From: Eledone cirrhosa | Lineage: Eukaryota | Assembly: GCA_964016885.1 (NCBI GenBank) | Contig: OZ024743.1 | Span: 346,332,001-346,396,000, forward strand | Direction: 5' to 3' | DNA: 64,000 nucleotides | Part shown: in pieces, positions 29,381 through 43,380 of the stretch | Numbering within the stretch: position 1 is the first letter of the stretch | Layout: each line of letters opens with the position of its first letter | The notes under the pieces: generated by a model | Seen by the model: the letters and a program-made list of their open reading frames with translations, nothing else | Databases searched by the model: none | What the model was told of the DNA's origin: nothing | Made by a program: the position numbers and the translations under genes

Positions 29381-29624
29381 ATTTAAAGTATATGATAAAC
29401 ACGAAATGTGTTTACATTGCAACAGACAAAGTTAGCTATTAATGAAATAAAAGTGAATACAAGTTGTCTGTCTCGATACAAGTCAATAAAGACAAGCTTA
29501 TATTGGCAACGGCCATGATTCCTGGACATATTTAAATTTCAAAATTCAAACCTGTTCTGTAGACAATAGCTAACTTTGTCTGTTGCAATGTAAACACATT
29601 TCGTGTTTATCATATACTTTAAAT
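29381..29624. repeat. Inverted repeat, 60-bp arms (29381-29440 / 29565-29624)
   Basis: atttaaagtatatgataaacacg..agctatt and its reverse complement, abutting (TA)n. Confidence 0.9.
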
Positions 29625-29726
29625 GTATTTAACTGCTTGGAAGAGCCCCTTCCTGGAGCTTAATTATTGTAAACGACTGAGAGTTTATTCTCAAAATATA
29701 ATATAATATACATACATATATATATA

Positions 29727-30192
29727 TTGTTATACTTGGGGAGGGTCATATTGTTGTAATAATAATATTGCCAGAAATAATAACAGAACACACTCACTGT
29801 TTGGTTGGTTGTCGCTTCTGTATCTTTTATATCTCCAGAATTAATTCATCCGGTCCTCAATGTTTATCATTGACTGACCAACGGTCAAAAATACAGATAT
29901 AATATAGATATAAACACATATATATAGTCTAACAAAGGTCTTTCGTTGCCCATCTGCAAAATCATCAGTGGTACTATTATGTTCCCCCTGTTGTATTGTA
30001 TGTCTACGCCATTTTTATTCTTTATTTTTTGACCGCTGGTCAGTCAATGATAAACATTGAGGACCGGATGAATTAACTATGGAGATATAAAAGATACAGA
30101 AGCGAAAACCAACCAAACAGTGAGTGTGTTCTGTTATTATTTCTGGCAATATTATTATTACAACAATATGACCCTCCCCAAGTATAACAATA
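29727..30192. repeat. Inverted repeat, about 165-bp arms, with hammerhead (29930-29973, minus) in the spacer
   Basis: Arms 29727-29893 / 30024-30192; minus strand CTGATGA-TTTTGC..GCAAC-GAAAG-AC-CTT. Confidence 0.85.
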
Positions 30193-30752
30193 TTAGTTTC
30201 GACACACGATTTCATATCAAAAACTTCGCAAATAAATAAATAAAAAATATATATATATATATATATATATCAAATTACGTGCTTCTCTAGTCTCCCTCTA
30301 ACAATTTCCCTTCCAACTAGAGGCTAGAGTAGAACTGTAGAACTGAAACCGAAAGCCACATGGTTTCGAAAGGATACCTTACTCACATAGAGACAGTGTG
30401 ATCATTATTCAGAGACACATTTTCACCTAAAGATTTAACCTGTTTTGTTCATGCAATATATACCGACATTTTTATACCAATCGTCAGTTAGCATTAGTGA
30501 AAATCTCAATATGAATGAAAAATATTATATTCAATTCAGTTTATGTTTGATTAAATAATTGATCCATTCATTTGTTACTTTACTAACCGGTTGATTATTT
30601 AAACGTTAATGGTCAAAGGTCTTTGTCACCATCCTGTAACATTATCAATGATTATTTTTTCTCTTTTATGTCCCCTGTTTTATTCTGATTTTTATACATT
30701 TACTGCTGACTATTAATGATTAAACAAACAGCCGGTTAATGTATTTGTTACT

Positions 30753-30945
30753 TAATAATGGTTTCTACTTTTAACAAAAGTCCAGCAATTCGAAGTGAAG
30801 GGAATGCCGACCGCGGTGCGTAACTTTATTTTATCGGCACCATAAAATCGAAATGCAAATCGAAACTCGGTTGGATTTGAAATCAGAACGCAAAGGGCCG
30901 TAAATCTATACGACATCTAGTAATGCGGCTAAACCACCGCCCTGA
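30753..30945 (-). mobile_element. Diverged SINE
   Basis: Degenerate match to the family including the accaccgcc head. Confidence 0.7.
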
Positions 30946-31132
30946 TTAATTGCTAATTAATAAGCGGAAATTAAAATTAACAGATAGTGAGATTTTATTA
31001 GCAGCGTGACGTTCCCAAAATATTACAATATATATTTAAACACACATTAATCACAGCAAGAATCTTGCAAAACAAATACACACACACACACGCACCCGCA
31101 CCCGCACGCACACACACACACACACATATCTA

Positions 31133-31246
<114 letters not shown>

Positions 31247-31385
31247 GTATAGGATTATCCTAGATGTAGTAATGGTTAATTACTACACTGGATAGGGTTG
31301 ACGTACGGTGAGAGGTTACTCAACGAGTTATGGAAGAATTGTTGAAGAAACTTAGTTCCTGATCCTTCTGTATTCCGCAGTGTAG

Positions 31386-31685
31386 ATAAAGAATGAATAA
31401 TAACAGGTAGACATCATTAAAAGGTAATTTATTCCGTGTGCTTACAAATTTTTCCACGATGGTTATACAGACTAATTATGCTATGTGCAAATTTACAACT
31501 ATTTTCAAAACTCAATTATCAAGTGCTGTGACCACTGTATCATCAGAGCAGAATGGTTAAATTGAGTTTTGCAAATAGTTGTAAATTTGCACATAGCATA
31601 ATTAGGCTGTATAACCACCGTGGAAACATTTGTAAGCACACGGAATAAATTACCTTTTTATGATGTCTACCTGTTATTATTCATT

Positions 31686-31691
<6 letters not shown>
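31386..31691. repeat. Fold-back palindrome with hammerhead 31439-31550 (minus)
   Basis: Arms 31386-31517 / 31560-31691. Minus strand TGCT-CTGATGA-long stem II-GAAA(A/C)-ATTT-GTA-AGCA. Confidence 0.88.
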
Positions 31692-31744
<53 letters not shown>

Positions 31745-31749
<5 letters not shown>

Positions 31750-33060
31750 AGACATATAGATAGCGGCAACATATGGGACGAAATAACGGGCGGGCAAAAC
31801 ACAAGACAGACACCTGACCCAACACACATTCTCGCTACTACACACACACGAAGGAACAAGACAAGGTCTAAGGCCGTTACATGGTTTAACGCGCCGTATT
31901 CTAAGCATGTATGCAGCAATGTACCAGGCCTATTCTTCCGAGCGTTGGGCGTGTGCTTCCCGCCGTCGAGCAGATACCACAAGATTTTCAACCGCCACAC
32001 GGTGAAGTTCTCCTTCTCCACCGCACCTAACATGGCAGACTACATGGCCATAGCCAACGCGGCGAAGGTGGGGACCTCTACCGTCAACCGCGGCGGCCGA
32101 ATGACCGTCCATGGGAGCCCGGAGGGCCCCATGCAGACCGGTCTTCCATCTACAACCCGGCCCCTGCGGCGGCCGCCACACCCTCGGAAGACGATACAAC
32201 CCAACCACGGGCGGAAATAAGTGGAGGAGGGGAGTCCACCGTGTCGGCAGAACAACACCCAGAGAATCGGGAGAGGGCCGTGATAGATGAAGGGCCAGTC
32301 GTCCGAAATGAAGAATATAACGACAGAACGTGCAATTGAAGAGCGCGCACACAGTGCTCTCTGCAGAGAAGATGCCTAACGAAGGGCCTGGTATATAAAT
32401 GTGTGGTTAGCACGCACAATATAAAGCGCAACTACATCGGCGCAACATCCACGACCTTTAAATCGCGGATGTATAACTACACAAACTCTTTCAAGAGTCG
32501 GAGCCAGAGGCATTCTACTAGGCTGGCGGACCGGTGTGGGATTTGAAAGACAAAGGCACGCCGTATGCCCTCAATTGGAGTATCGTTCGGCACGCGGATG
32601 CATATTCGGCTGGAAATAAAAAGTGTAGGGTATGCCTATCCGAGGCCATGGAGATAGTCAGACTGAAGGATGATGCGGTCAACTTGAAATCGGAAATAAT
32701 CATGACGTGCAGACACCAGAGAAGGTGCACACTCTCCGCATGGAGTCATCCGGGCAGACCAAGCTAAAGGCATGCTGCGGAGCGCACGCCGACCAGAGCG
32801 GTGAAACGGGTTCAAGGGATCAGACACCATACCCTGTTGAGTATATATGCCCCGTGGGGTAAGCGGAAATAACCCATGATGCCTACCCGACTCTGCACGT
32901 CAACCTAGGCAAAAACATCGCCTGAGCCGGGACATGTTGACACGGATTCCATTGATTTTCTGTCAAGTGCCTTACACCAATAAGACACTATACCTCTACC
33001 GCAGTGACATACTCCAGTATGGCCGGTCCACGCACCCCCTACATGTGTATCTTTTCAGTA
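31745..33060 (+). mobile_element. Penelope-like element 3' part, GIY-YIG with CxC..C linker and C-terminal CxxC/CRH (tentatively Hydra-type)
   Basis: WFNAPYSKHVCSNV..FPPSSRYHKIFNRHTVKFSFS; CN*R..C..C..LVYKC..NYIGATSTTFKSR; WDLK..WSI..CRVC..LKSE..CRH. Frameshifts present. Confidence 0.88.
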
Positions 33061-33411
33061 GAGAGTGCATACTATCCACGCATTCCATTTTGTAACACCT
33101 AATGTATTTTTACACGTGTGTATCTCATACTTCTCTTGGGTACTATCCCATATGCATACACGTTCCTTCTTTTTTATATATATTCTGCACGAATTTTCTA
33201 TGTACGGTCTGCGCATACTATTTACTGTAATACCACGAATGCACATTATGTGGCTTTGCGTGAAGATTCCATAAGTGAATTGATCCATGTTTGCAACGTA
33301 ACAATATCTCTGTAGGCACATATAAGAAGGTGCACCCTTTCATGTATAGTCCACTGTGTATCTTTATGTGCCGTTATATGTATATTTTTTATATATTCTT
33401 ATACACGCACC

Positions 33412-33490
<79 letters not shown>

Positions 33491-33494
<4 letters not shown>

Positions 33495-33620
33495 ATAATA
33501 ATAAATTTGAAGAGTAAAATCCAAAGAGGGCTCGATAAGGATAAATATATATCAAATATATAAGAACCGTAGAGCAAATATTTATTAAAATAACAGATTA
33601 AAGTTTAATCAAAGAATCGC
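33491..33620 (+). mobile_element. Fragment of the CAGAAGA hammerhead family (A segment plus inverted B start)
   Basis: Near-identical to 54274-54402. Confidence 0.8.
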
Positions 33621-34369
33621 TTGTAAACATAAATTACACAAAACTTTCTTGTATTACAGCCCCACATTATACCCTAACGGATAGTTCGAACTATACGCGG
33701 ATATTTTACGTCTTGATGGGGTAGCTAAGTATATGTTATGTTTATACTATTACTTATTTGTATAGGTAAGTATATATCACCTGTATGTTTTGTGAAGGTA
33801 CGTATACTTCCTCGTATACATATTTGATTGTATGTGTTATGGCGTATATATTATATATTCTGGTACATATGCTTTTGGTTATGTGTATACGTGAGATTTG
33901 CGTCTGTGTGAGTATGCGGGTTCGTACGTATGTAGGGTGTGTGTATATGTGTACTTTGTGTTTTGGTTGACGTACGTCTCCGAACATATGTGTATTTACA
34001 TGTAGGTATGTGTGTGCGCTTGTTATATACGTATTTATTTATTTATATACGTTTATTTAATTATATGTATACACGCACACACACACACACATTTATATGT
34101 ATTAATTTGTATATTTTTATATATATTTTTATGTGTGTTGGTGTATACATTCGTATGCGTGCGGGTAATGGCTTTGTGGGGATTCTATATGTGCGTGCGG
34201 GTTTTTGGGGGGTTTTTTGTGTACGTGCGTGTATTTGTTTACCTATAGCGTGTGCTTTCGCGTATGCTTGTGTATGTACGTATATGGATGCGTGTGTGTA
34301 TTTATATAATTTCAATTACCTCTGTATTTTATTTACTTTATTCTTAACTCTGAAGCCGAGAATCATTCG

Positions 34370-34808
34370 GTTTCCTAGTCAGAATTTTAGTCTACGACTT
34401 CAGTTATACCATTTACGTGGTTTTGTCTTTGCGTGCAATTGTCCTCCCCGCCCCACATATGAAGTATTATCTTCTTTTTTCCGTTCATTGCCAGAGAACG
34501 TCTCTATGAACCACCTGATAGAATATTAGTCGACGACTTCTCTTATACCATAAAGGTGGTTTTGTCTTTGCGTGTAATTGTTTTTCACCGCTCCAAATAA
34601 TGACGTATTATATTCGTTTTTTCCCGTTCTTTGCCAGAGAACGTTTCCACGAACCAAAGTATCGTCTTCCTGTCTTCCTCCGGTTGCAACGTTTTTTTTT
34701 AAATATTCACTTCTGCGTTCACAGATTGACTTTGTTAGTTTCAGAAGATCCCGTTAAGGGTGAAACCAGCGATTATTTGCTTAAACTTTAATCTGTTATT
34801 TTAATAAA
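34370..34808 (+). mobile_element. CAGAAGA hammerhead family, long copy
   Basis: Matches 54797-55108 and the reverse complement of 54366-54800; AGTTT-CAGAAGA-TCCC..GGGT-GAAA..GCTT-AAACT. Confidence 0.85.
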
Positions 34809-34820
34809 TATATATATATA

Positions 34821-34965
<145 letters not shown>

Positions 34966-35599
34966 GTGTATGAATTGTTCTTATATATGTATATATTTAT
35001 AACAAGATGCATCCTTTCATGTATCACCCATTGTGTATCTTTATATGACTTTGTGTGTATATTCTTTTTATGCGTGGGTGTGTATATGAATATGCGCATA
35101 TTTGTAAGAGTGTATATGAGCCAGTGTGTGTGTGTGTGTACTAGCACCCGTGTCAGGAAAGGGCTTGTTTGTGTGTATATATCTGTGTTTGCGAGCGAGT
35201 GTGTCTCTGTGTGCGTATATATGTATATGTGTACGTGTATATGTGCTTACGTGGGTGGAAGGAGTTCTATGCATATGTGTATACGTGTTTGTGGGACGTG
35301 TATATACACGCGTGTGCATGTGTATGCGCCTGTATGTATGTGTGTATGTTGATGTATATAGGCATCTGGGCATGTGTCTGTGTACGTGCCTCTATGTATG
35401 CATGTATGTGTATGTTTATATGTTTATATGTTTCCCTTAAATGTGTGTGTATAGCGGGCGTCTATGCGTACGACTGTCGTTATCTATGTACTTGTCTGTG
35501 TGTGTGTGTGCGCGCGTGGATGTGTGAACAACCAAACACAACAGTAATTTATTGAAGTGTAGCAGACATGGGACAGCTAACGCCCTGATGCTCAGCGGA

Positions 35600-35870
35600 C
35601 TGGTACCTGTGTTCAGAATTATGATGACGTCGACAACCAGCGGCCAATCACAGGACGCGCGAAGAGGATGACATTTTTGACGGTACTGGCCCAGAGGGTC
35701 AGATACCCCAGTGAGAGAATATGCTCCGAAATCATTAGACGTGTCCGTCGAGCCTGCAGATCCAGAATCAGACAAATCCACACAATGATGGCGTCTCGAG
35801 CTGTCCGCCGGCGAAAACATTGTAACGCACAGTAAATTGAGTTCAAATGCATCACTGATTTTTCGTTTTC
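35600..35870 (+). mobile_element. LTR-like repeat fragment (homolog of 8190-8450)
   Basis: tgatgacgtcg..ccaatca..ctcgagctgt.cgccgg..gatgcatcactgatt colinear with the reverse complement of 8190-8450. Confidence 0.6.
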
Positions 35871-35871
35871 T

Positions 35872-35908
<37 letters not shown>

Positions 35909-36128
35909 GAGAGGTATAGAGATTGTTTTAGCAAGAAGCTAACGGCATTCTATAACATATATGCGACTATAACGTCAAGATGGGAAAAGTAGTTAACGAA
36001 AGATTTAGGAAAAATAACTCAAACTCATCTCAAAAGAGAATCAGGATATAAATTCATCCACAGAATTTAGTAAAATACAGGGAAAAATCTATAGACCTTT
36101 AACTCATGATAAAATAAAGTTTGAAACA

Positions 36129-36217
<89 letters not shown>

Positions 36218-36226
36218 GTATATGTA

Positions 36227-36338
<112 letters not shown>

Positions 36339-36367
36339 AAAGAATCGAGGTGTAACACACAAGTTAT

Positions 36368-36791
36368 TATATATTGGTAAACGGAATAGAAAATGCTGAC
36401 AAATTGTTCACAGTTGAAAAATGGTTTAATTAGGAATAAAAGAGTATTAGTGATTGTATGGGTTAGTATTCAGTTGTGGTTTTAAGTTTTTAAGTTTTTA
36501 CCGGTTGCGCATTTCTAAATGCTTTTCAAAAATAATTTTGAGATAGAGTGTCCGTGCTGTTTGCTCTGATCATTGCTGTGATTTTCAGATCAGAGCAAAC
36601 AGCACGGACACTCTATCTCAACATTATTTTTGAAAAGCATTTAGAAATGCGCAACCGGTAAAAACTTAAAAACTTAAAACCACAACTGAATACTAACCCA
36701 TACAATCACTAATACTCTTTTATTACTAATTAAACCATTTTTCAACTGTGAACAATTTGTCAGCATTTTCTATTCCGTTTACCAATATATA
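36368..36791. repeat. Fold-back palindrome (about 205-bp arms) with hammerhead-like motif
   Basis: Loop about 36572-36587; right arm TTGAAAA-GCATT-TAGA-AATGC-GCAAC-CG-GTA. Confidence 0.92.
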
Positions 36792-36852
36792 TATATATAA
36801 AAGAGAAAACACAGGTGGGCATTAAGAGAAGGATACTATATATATAGGAAAC

Positions 36853-36949
<97 letters not shown>

Positions 36950-36950
36950 C

Positions 36951-37032
<82 letters not shown>

Positions 37033-37034
<2 letters not shown>

Positions 37035-37168
37035 ATAACAGATTAAAGTTTAAGCAAAGGATCGCTGCTTTCACCATTAATGGGATCCCAGTTTTGTATA
37101 TTTTATATATATATTATTCCTATCGAGACCTCTTCGGATTCTAGTCTTCACATTTATTACTATTAGTA
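37033..37168 (-). mobile_element. Short copy of the CAGAAGA family
   Basis: Diverged reverse complement of 50651-50808. Confidence 0.75.
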
Positions 37169-37425
37169 TATATATACACACAAAATGGCTGATTGAATAC
37201 ACACAGGTGTTTACTTTTCATTTGTTTCCATACCCTCTTTTTCTCACTCTTTAACTTTCTATTTTATCTTTTATTTCTAATCCTGTCATCTGATGAAGGA
37301 CTAGTCTCCGAAATGTTTCCTGCTATTTCAAGCGTTAAACTAGTATATTTCATCAATGTACTGTACCCTTTGGTTTGTTATTTCGCTTCACTTTTTCACA
37401 CGCACCCGCACACACAAACAAACAA

Positions 37426-37509
<84 letters not shown>

Positions 37510-37629
37510 CCTATGTTTATTGCTCTGGTCTTTTAGCCCATGGAGCGCTTGCCAGCATGACTCGGAATTTGCGTTACGTTTCTCTTTTTCTACCCGCCCA
37601 AATGCGATTCTCGATGAATTTATATTTGT

Positions 37630-37686
<57 letters not shown>

Positions 37687-37779
37687 CTGACTCTGATTAT
37701 TCCCTGGCATGAAATACTACATCGATCTGTTTTCTACTAGGTCTCCGCACCACACACCTCATATATATGTATATATATT

Positions 37780-37813
<34 letters not shown>

Positions 37814-38551
37814 TGTGTGAGTAAACGTATGTATTTATGCCTCCATGCTTATGCATTTAGTATATTTCATATGAAACAAATGTATTTTTTGAAAGCATAT
37901 CAAATTTATCTCAGTCCCTTATTTTATCGACTTCAAAAAGAAGATAAATACATTTGATTTCGGTAGAATTTGAACTTAAAATATAATATGCTATACATAA
38001 AAAGGACAGGCTGATTTCCCGACACTGTCTATACTACCGACCCATAGCCTGCGTATGTGTGTGTTTCTGTCATATGTGAGTTTGTGGAGAAGTAAGTACC
38101 ATTATGAATCCGATTTTCTGAGGACGCACTGCAAAATCAAACAGAATGTAACAAATAAAACCATCGAAAATAAAATGCCGAATGAAGTCATAAAGAATAA
38201 AATAAGAATACAAAACACGTGAAACGTAAAAGAAACGAAAAATAATTTCACAAAACTGAAATAAGCAAACGATAAAAAAAAGTTTGTTGTCTCTTTTATT
38301 CCTTTCATTATTTATATTATTTATTTATTTCCACCTTATATATCTTATATTTTGTTTATATATTTTTTCCAATATAAGCAATGCAAGACTAAATCAGAAG
38401 TATACAAGGATTTATTGGACAATTCTGTCTTCTTCATCTTGAAAATAAGAGTAGAATAGAAAACAATACACACGCACACCTATCTACATAACGTATATGT
38501 GCGTGTTTGTATATAAGTATGTGTATGAGGAATATGTGTATGAATAGGTAA

Positions 38552-38594
<43 letters not shown>

Positions 38595-38752
38595 TATGTA
38601 TACATATATATCTATGTAGATACTATGTTTATATAGATATATATATAACATAAACACACACACACAAGCACACGCACACACACATACAAACATATATATA
38701 ATAAACATAAACAGACGCACACACACACACATACACACGCACACATACACAC

Positions 38753-38852
<100 letters not shown>

Positions 38853-38918
38853 AGGAAATGAATCAAACTGTATTGCAAAAAGTTACGACACGAAATAAAT
38901 GAAGGGAAAATATCCATA

Positions 38919-38955
<37 letters not shown>

Positions 38956-39145
38956 TTGTGTGTGTGTGTATATATATAGTTGAAAAGGTGGAGAGAGGGA
39001 GAAAAGAATCGGAAGAGTTTTTGGGAGAGATAGAGAGAGGAGAATCTAAATGGAGCCATGAAATAAAATATATATCAAACCGCTATATAAAATATACGAA
39101 TCGAATTAACAGGAACGGATACACACATGTATACATTTGTGTGTG

Positions 39146-39298
<153 letters not shown>

Positions 39299-39772
39299 CC
39301 ATATGTTTTTTTGTGAGAAAGAATTGGAAAGAGATAGTGAGAGAGAGAGGGCGACTGTGAGAATGGGGGAGAAAGTCTGACAAATATAAGCAAGAGAAAC
39401 AAAAATAATGACAAATAGAAATTTCGGAAGAATACGGAATACGAAAAAAAACAAGAGATTTTGGTGAAGGAAAAATAAATGAAATACAAGGATAGAATGA
39501 AAAGAGGTAAATAGTAAAAGACATGTGAAAACAAATCGACGGAACGAAACAAAATATCGAAGTAGAAGGCGAAACATAATAATAAAAACCAAATAAACGT
39601 ATAGGGTAACAATAGAATAATAAAACATGTAAATATTTCTAACAATGGTGAAGGCGTTACCACCAAGTACGAAACACACGTTCTGATATATATATACATA
39701 CATACACACGCAAACACACACATACAAACACACACACACGCACACACACACACACATATATATATATATGTG

Positions 39773-39880
<108 letters not shown>

Positions 39881-40260
39881 AAGAGAGAGAGAGAAATAGA
39901 TATATCGATATATATTCAAGAATTGTTCACCTCAACAATAATTTTGCGAGCGATCTCTGGATCAAATATATTCTCCGTTTGTTTGCCGTAATTCCTTTTA
40001 TTGATTGACTAATTATACATTCCGTACCTGACGATGTCGCCAATGTCTCGCCTCAACATCAGATGATTTTACTTGGCCATTGAAATATGTATTTTATTTA
40101 TTTGCAACATTAAAATTTCAAAAGGATATCTCCAGTCCCACCATCTAAGACGGAATCCTTGCTTAACGTGGACTGCTTTTCTAACTATTACATCATGGTT
40201 TAGTAACCAGTATGACCAGTTTACCCACTGGTGGACGAACACAACATAATTGGTATATAC

Positions 40261-40299
<39 letters not shown>

Positions 40300-40430
40300 T
40301 AAATCTACCAAAAGTTTACGGTAGTGTCCAATCCGTATGAAGAACTCAATGTAATCCGGATATCATGAAAAGAGAAGATGCATTCAAAAACTATTTTCGG
40401 TGAAAAATAAACGGAAAACAGAGTCAAGAT

Positions 40431-40820
40431 AAGTTAATAAAACAATGAATAAACAAAGAAAAAGTTCCTTATATTAAAAAAAACTCATCATTTTACGATC
40501 GTTTCTAGGATATATATGTGTTAGAGTTGGTATGCATATTCTATAGATCTATGTACAATATTTATACAAACTATCAGAGGGAATATACATACCTACACAT
40601 ATATATGCTGTCTTCAGAAATAATTGATTATTTCTGAAGACAGCATATATATGTGTAGGTATGTATATTCCCTCTGATAGTTTGTATAAATATTGTACAT
40701 AGATCTATAGAATATGCATACCAACTCTAACACATATATATCCTAGAAACGATCGTAAAATGATGAATTTTTTTTAATATAAGGAACTTTTTCTTTGTTT
40801 ATTAATTGTTTTATTAATTT
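40431..40820. repeat. Fold-back palindrome (about 195-bp arms) centred at hammerhead stem I
   Basis: Centre 40625/6. ATTATTT-CTGAAGA(40634-40)-stem II of about 105 nt-GAAAC-GATC-GTA-AAATGAT(40758-64). Confidence 0.93.
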
Positions 40821-41009
40821 ATATATATATATATATATATACTTATGCATCTACATATATATTTATAGGTAAAGCGAGAGAGATAGTGTGAGTGAGAGGT
40901 GTAAACATATTCATATAATTATAATGTACTTATATACGTATGCACATACATATATATGTGTGTGTGTGTATGTGTGTGTGTATGTTGTGTTTGTGTCTGT
41001 GAGTGTGTC

Positions 41010-41090
<81 letters not shown>

Positions 41091-41384
41091 TGTGTGTGGT
41101 TGTTCTGGATTTACGAACCCTAAACTGCCTGCTCATGAAATTAGCGTTCAAGCTTTTCCGCCCTTCACATACATTTGACAAGGCTGGCGTTTTGCATTAA
41201 ATTTGAGACTCATATTATGCAGTTAATGGAATAGTGCCACCCGGAAAAAAATGTTCTCGTTTAGGACAAAACCCGTCGTTAGTAACCGGACTCATTACCG
41301 TGCGATCAGGAGCCGAAGATGTGTATGTATATATAGATACGTATATCTATATCTATATATAAATATATATATATACGTATATAT

Positions 41385-41502
<118 letters not shown>

Positions 41503-41574
41503 ATATATGTATATATACATACAGAGGTATCCACAGTAAGTTGTGGGGTCTATTCTGCATGAAGAACTCGATGT

Positions 41575-41880
41575 AATCCATATGTTGAAAATGTTGTAGC
41601 TTTCTCCTAGCTTTGTACTTTATTTCCACTCTATTTTTAGTGTCTATATTTTTTAGTGTCCCATACAGTAGTGACTCAAGCTTTCCAATGTCATTTCTCA
41701 TTTCCCTGATTTGACCATTCAGTCGTTTCTTCCACCAAGGTTCTGATCTTTCTTGTCTGTTGTTTCCTCTAGCTTTTATGCCAAGTAATTTCTTCACCGC
41801 ATTTGCTGATGCTTTGAGGATATTGTTGCACTTTTCTCTCTCCCTTTTTTGTTTGTTTTTCTCCTTTGCGTTTTTCGTTT
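41575..41880 (-). mobile_element. R4/Dong-like LINE, N-terminal-region fragment
   Basis: [22 protein letters not shown] motif typical of R4-clade ORF upstream of RT. Confidence 0.7.
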
Positions 41881-41989
41881 TACAAGGCCAGTAACATCGG
41901 TTATTAGTGTTGCTGTTGGTGCTGCTGCTAAGGGAAGTAGGGGTTGTTATTAGGGTTATTATTATTATTATTATTATTATTATTGTTAT

Positions 41990-42751
41990 TACTCTTTCAG
42001 TCTCAGTCATTGATGTTAGTTAACTGGAAAGTTTGTTGAGATGAATATCAAGTCACTACCTGCAGCCTCAGATATTCAGGACGTATCGGAGGGTTCTTGC
42101 TGTTCCCAGCAAGCATGCCTTTTGAAGCGTTCCAAAAAGCGTGAAGGGGCCAATTTTCTTTAACCATCCCTGGAAACTTTTTGAGATAGTCCCTAGTGCG
42201 CCTATGACAATCGGGATCACTTTGACTTCATGGCAGTTCCAAATCCTTTTTACCTCCCACTTTAAGTCCTGGTATCGGTTAATTTTCTCCCTCTCCTTCT
42301 CTTGCACTCTCGTGTCGAATGGGCAGGCCACATCCACAATCAGGCACGATCTTTTTTCTTTGTCCAAAACCACCAAGTCAGGTCTATTGTGTTCCAGTTT
42401 CTTGCCCGTCTGTATCCTAAAATCCCACTAGCACCGTCACCTGATCGTTTTCTATCACCGACTCTGGCTTATGCTCATACCACTTCTCAGAATGTGGTAA
42501 ATTGTTTACTTTGCATAGGTGCCAGTGGATCACCCTGCCCATCACATCGTGTCTCCGGCCCTTATAGTGAGTCTGGGCTAGGTGTTTACACTCGGATACA
42601 ATGTGAGCCACAGTCTCCTCTCTCTCTCCACAGATCCTGCACAGTGGGCTAGCCTCCTCCTTGTAAATGTGGTGTTTCAACCACTTCGTTTTGAGGGCCT
42701 GCTCCTGCGCAGCCATTAACATTCCTTCTGTAGCCTATTTAAGGTCTCCTC

Positions 42752-42752
<1 letters not shown>
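41990..42752 (-). mobile_element. R4/Dong-clade LINE 3' fragment (CCHC + restriction-like endonuclease) between (TAA)n runs
   Basis: AAQEQAL..CRICGEREETVAHIVSEC..RRHD; RPDLVVLDK..DVACPFD..EKINRYQDL..IVIGALG. (ATT)n on both sides. Confidence 0.92.
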
Positions 42753-42791
<39 letters not shown>

Positions 42792-42792
42792 C

Positions 42793-42976
42793 TTTTAATG
42801 GGCTTTCTCCACAAATGTCCCTTGGAAGTCTCCCCCCTATTGGGGAATCTTTCTTTGTTATTTTATTTCAACCTCTGTTTTTTTACACGCAGAAATGCCC
42901 ATTTGTACCGTCCTGTATTGTCCTGTACTGTCCTTAATGTGTACTTTATGTGAACCCTTGTGGTTAATAAAGAAAA

Positions 42977-42978
<2 letters not shown>
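42793..42978 (+). mobile_element. Tx1-like 3' UTR fragment with (ATT)n tail
   Basis: ccctattgggga and cc.tgtgg.taataaagaaa are shared with the 3' UTR of the 13611 copy. Confidence 0.6.
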
Positions 42979-43010
<32 letters not shown>

Positions 43011-43026
43011 TTTATAATTATTATTA

Positions 43027-43158
43027 TTAAAATAACAGATTAAAGTTTAGCAAAGAATCGCTGCTTTCACCATTAACGGGATCTTCTGATTTATATATAT
43101 ATTATCCTTATTGAGCCCTCTTCGTATTTTTGTTTTCACCTTTATTATTATTACTATA
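43027..43158 (-). mobile_element. Short copy of the CAGAAGA family
   Basis: Reverse complement of 50651-50808 with a deletion. Confidence 0.8.
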
Positions 43159-43189
43159 TATATAAATATATATATGTGGGGGGGGGGTG

Positions 43190-43380
43190 TAAAAGGTAAA
43201 CAGAACTAACAACACAATCGGTACAGTATATCGAAGGGATATATTAGGTTAATGCTTGATATAGCAGGAAGAGGGTCTTAACGTTTCGGACGCTAGTCGT
43301 TCATCAGAAGAAAGAATGAGAAATAAGATAGATTGAGGGGACGGGCGGGATGGAATTGGAAAACATTTATTTAGATAAAA
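43190..43380 (-). mobile_element. Hammerhead-bearing repeat (7870 family)
   Basis: Minus strand TCTT-CTGATGA-ACGACTAGCGTCC-GAAAC-GTT-AAGA. Confidence 0.7.

Noticed and set aside
35437-35855. GC-rich ORFs as a host exon
   Set aside because: The sequence is homologous to the LTR-like repeat at 8190-8450.
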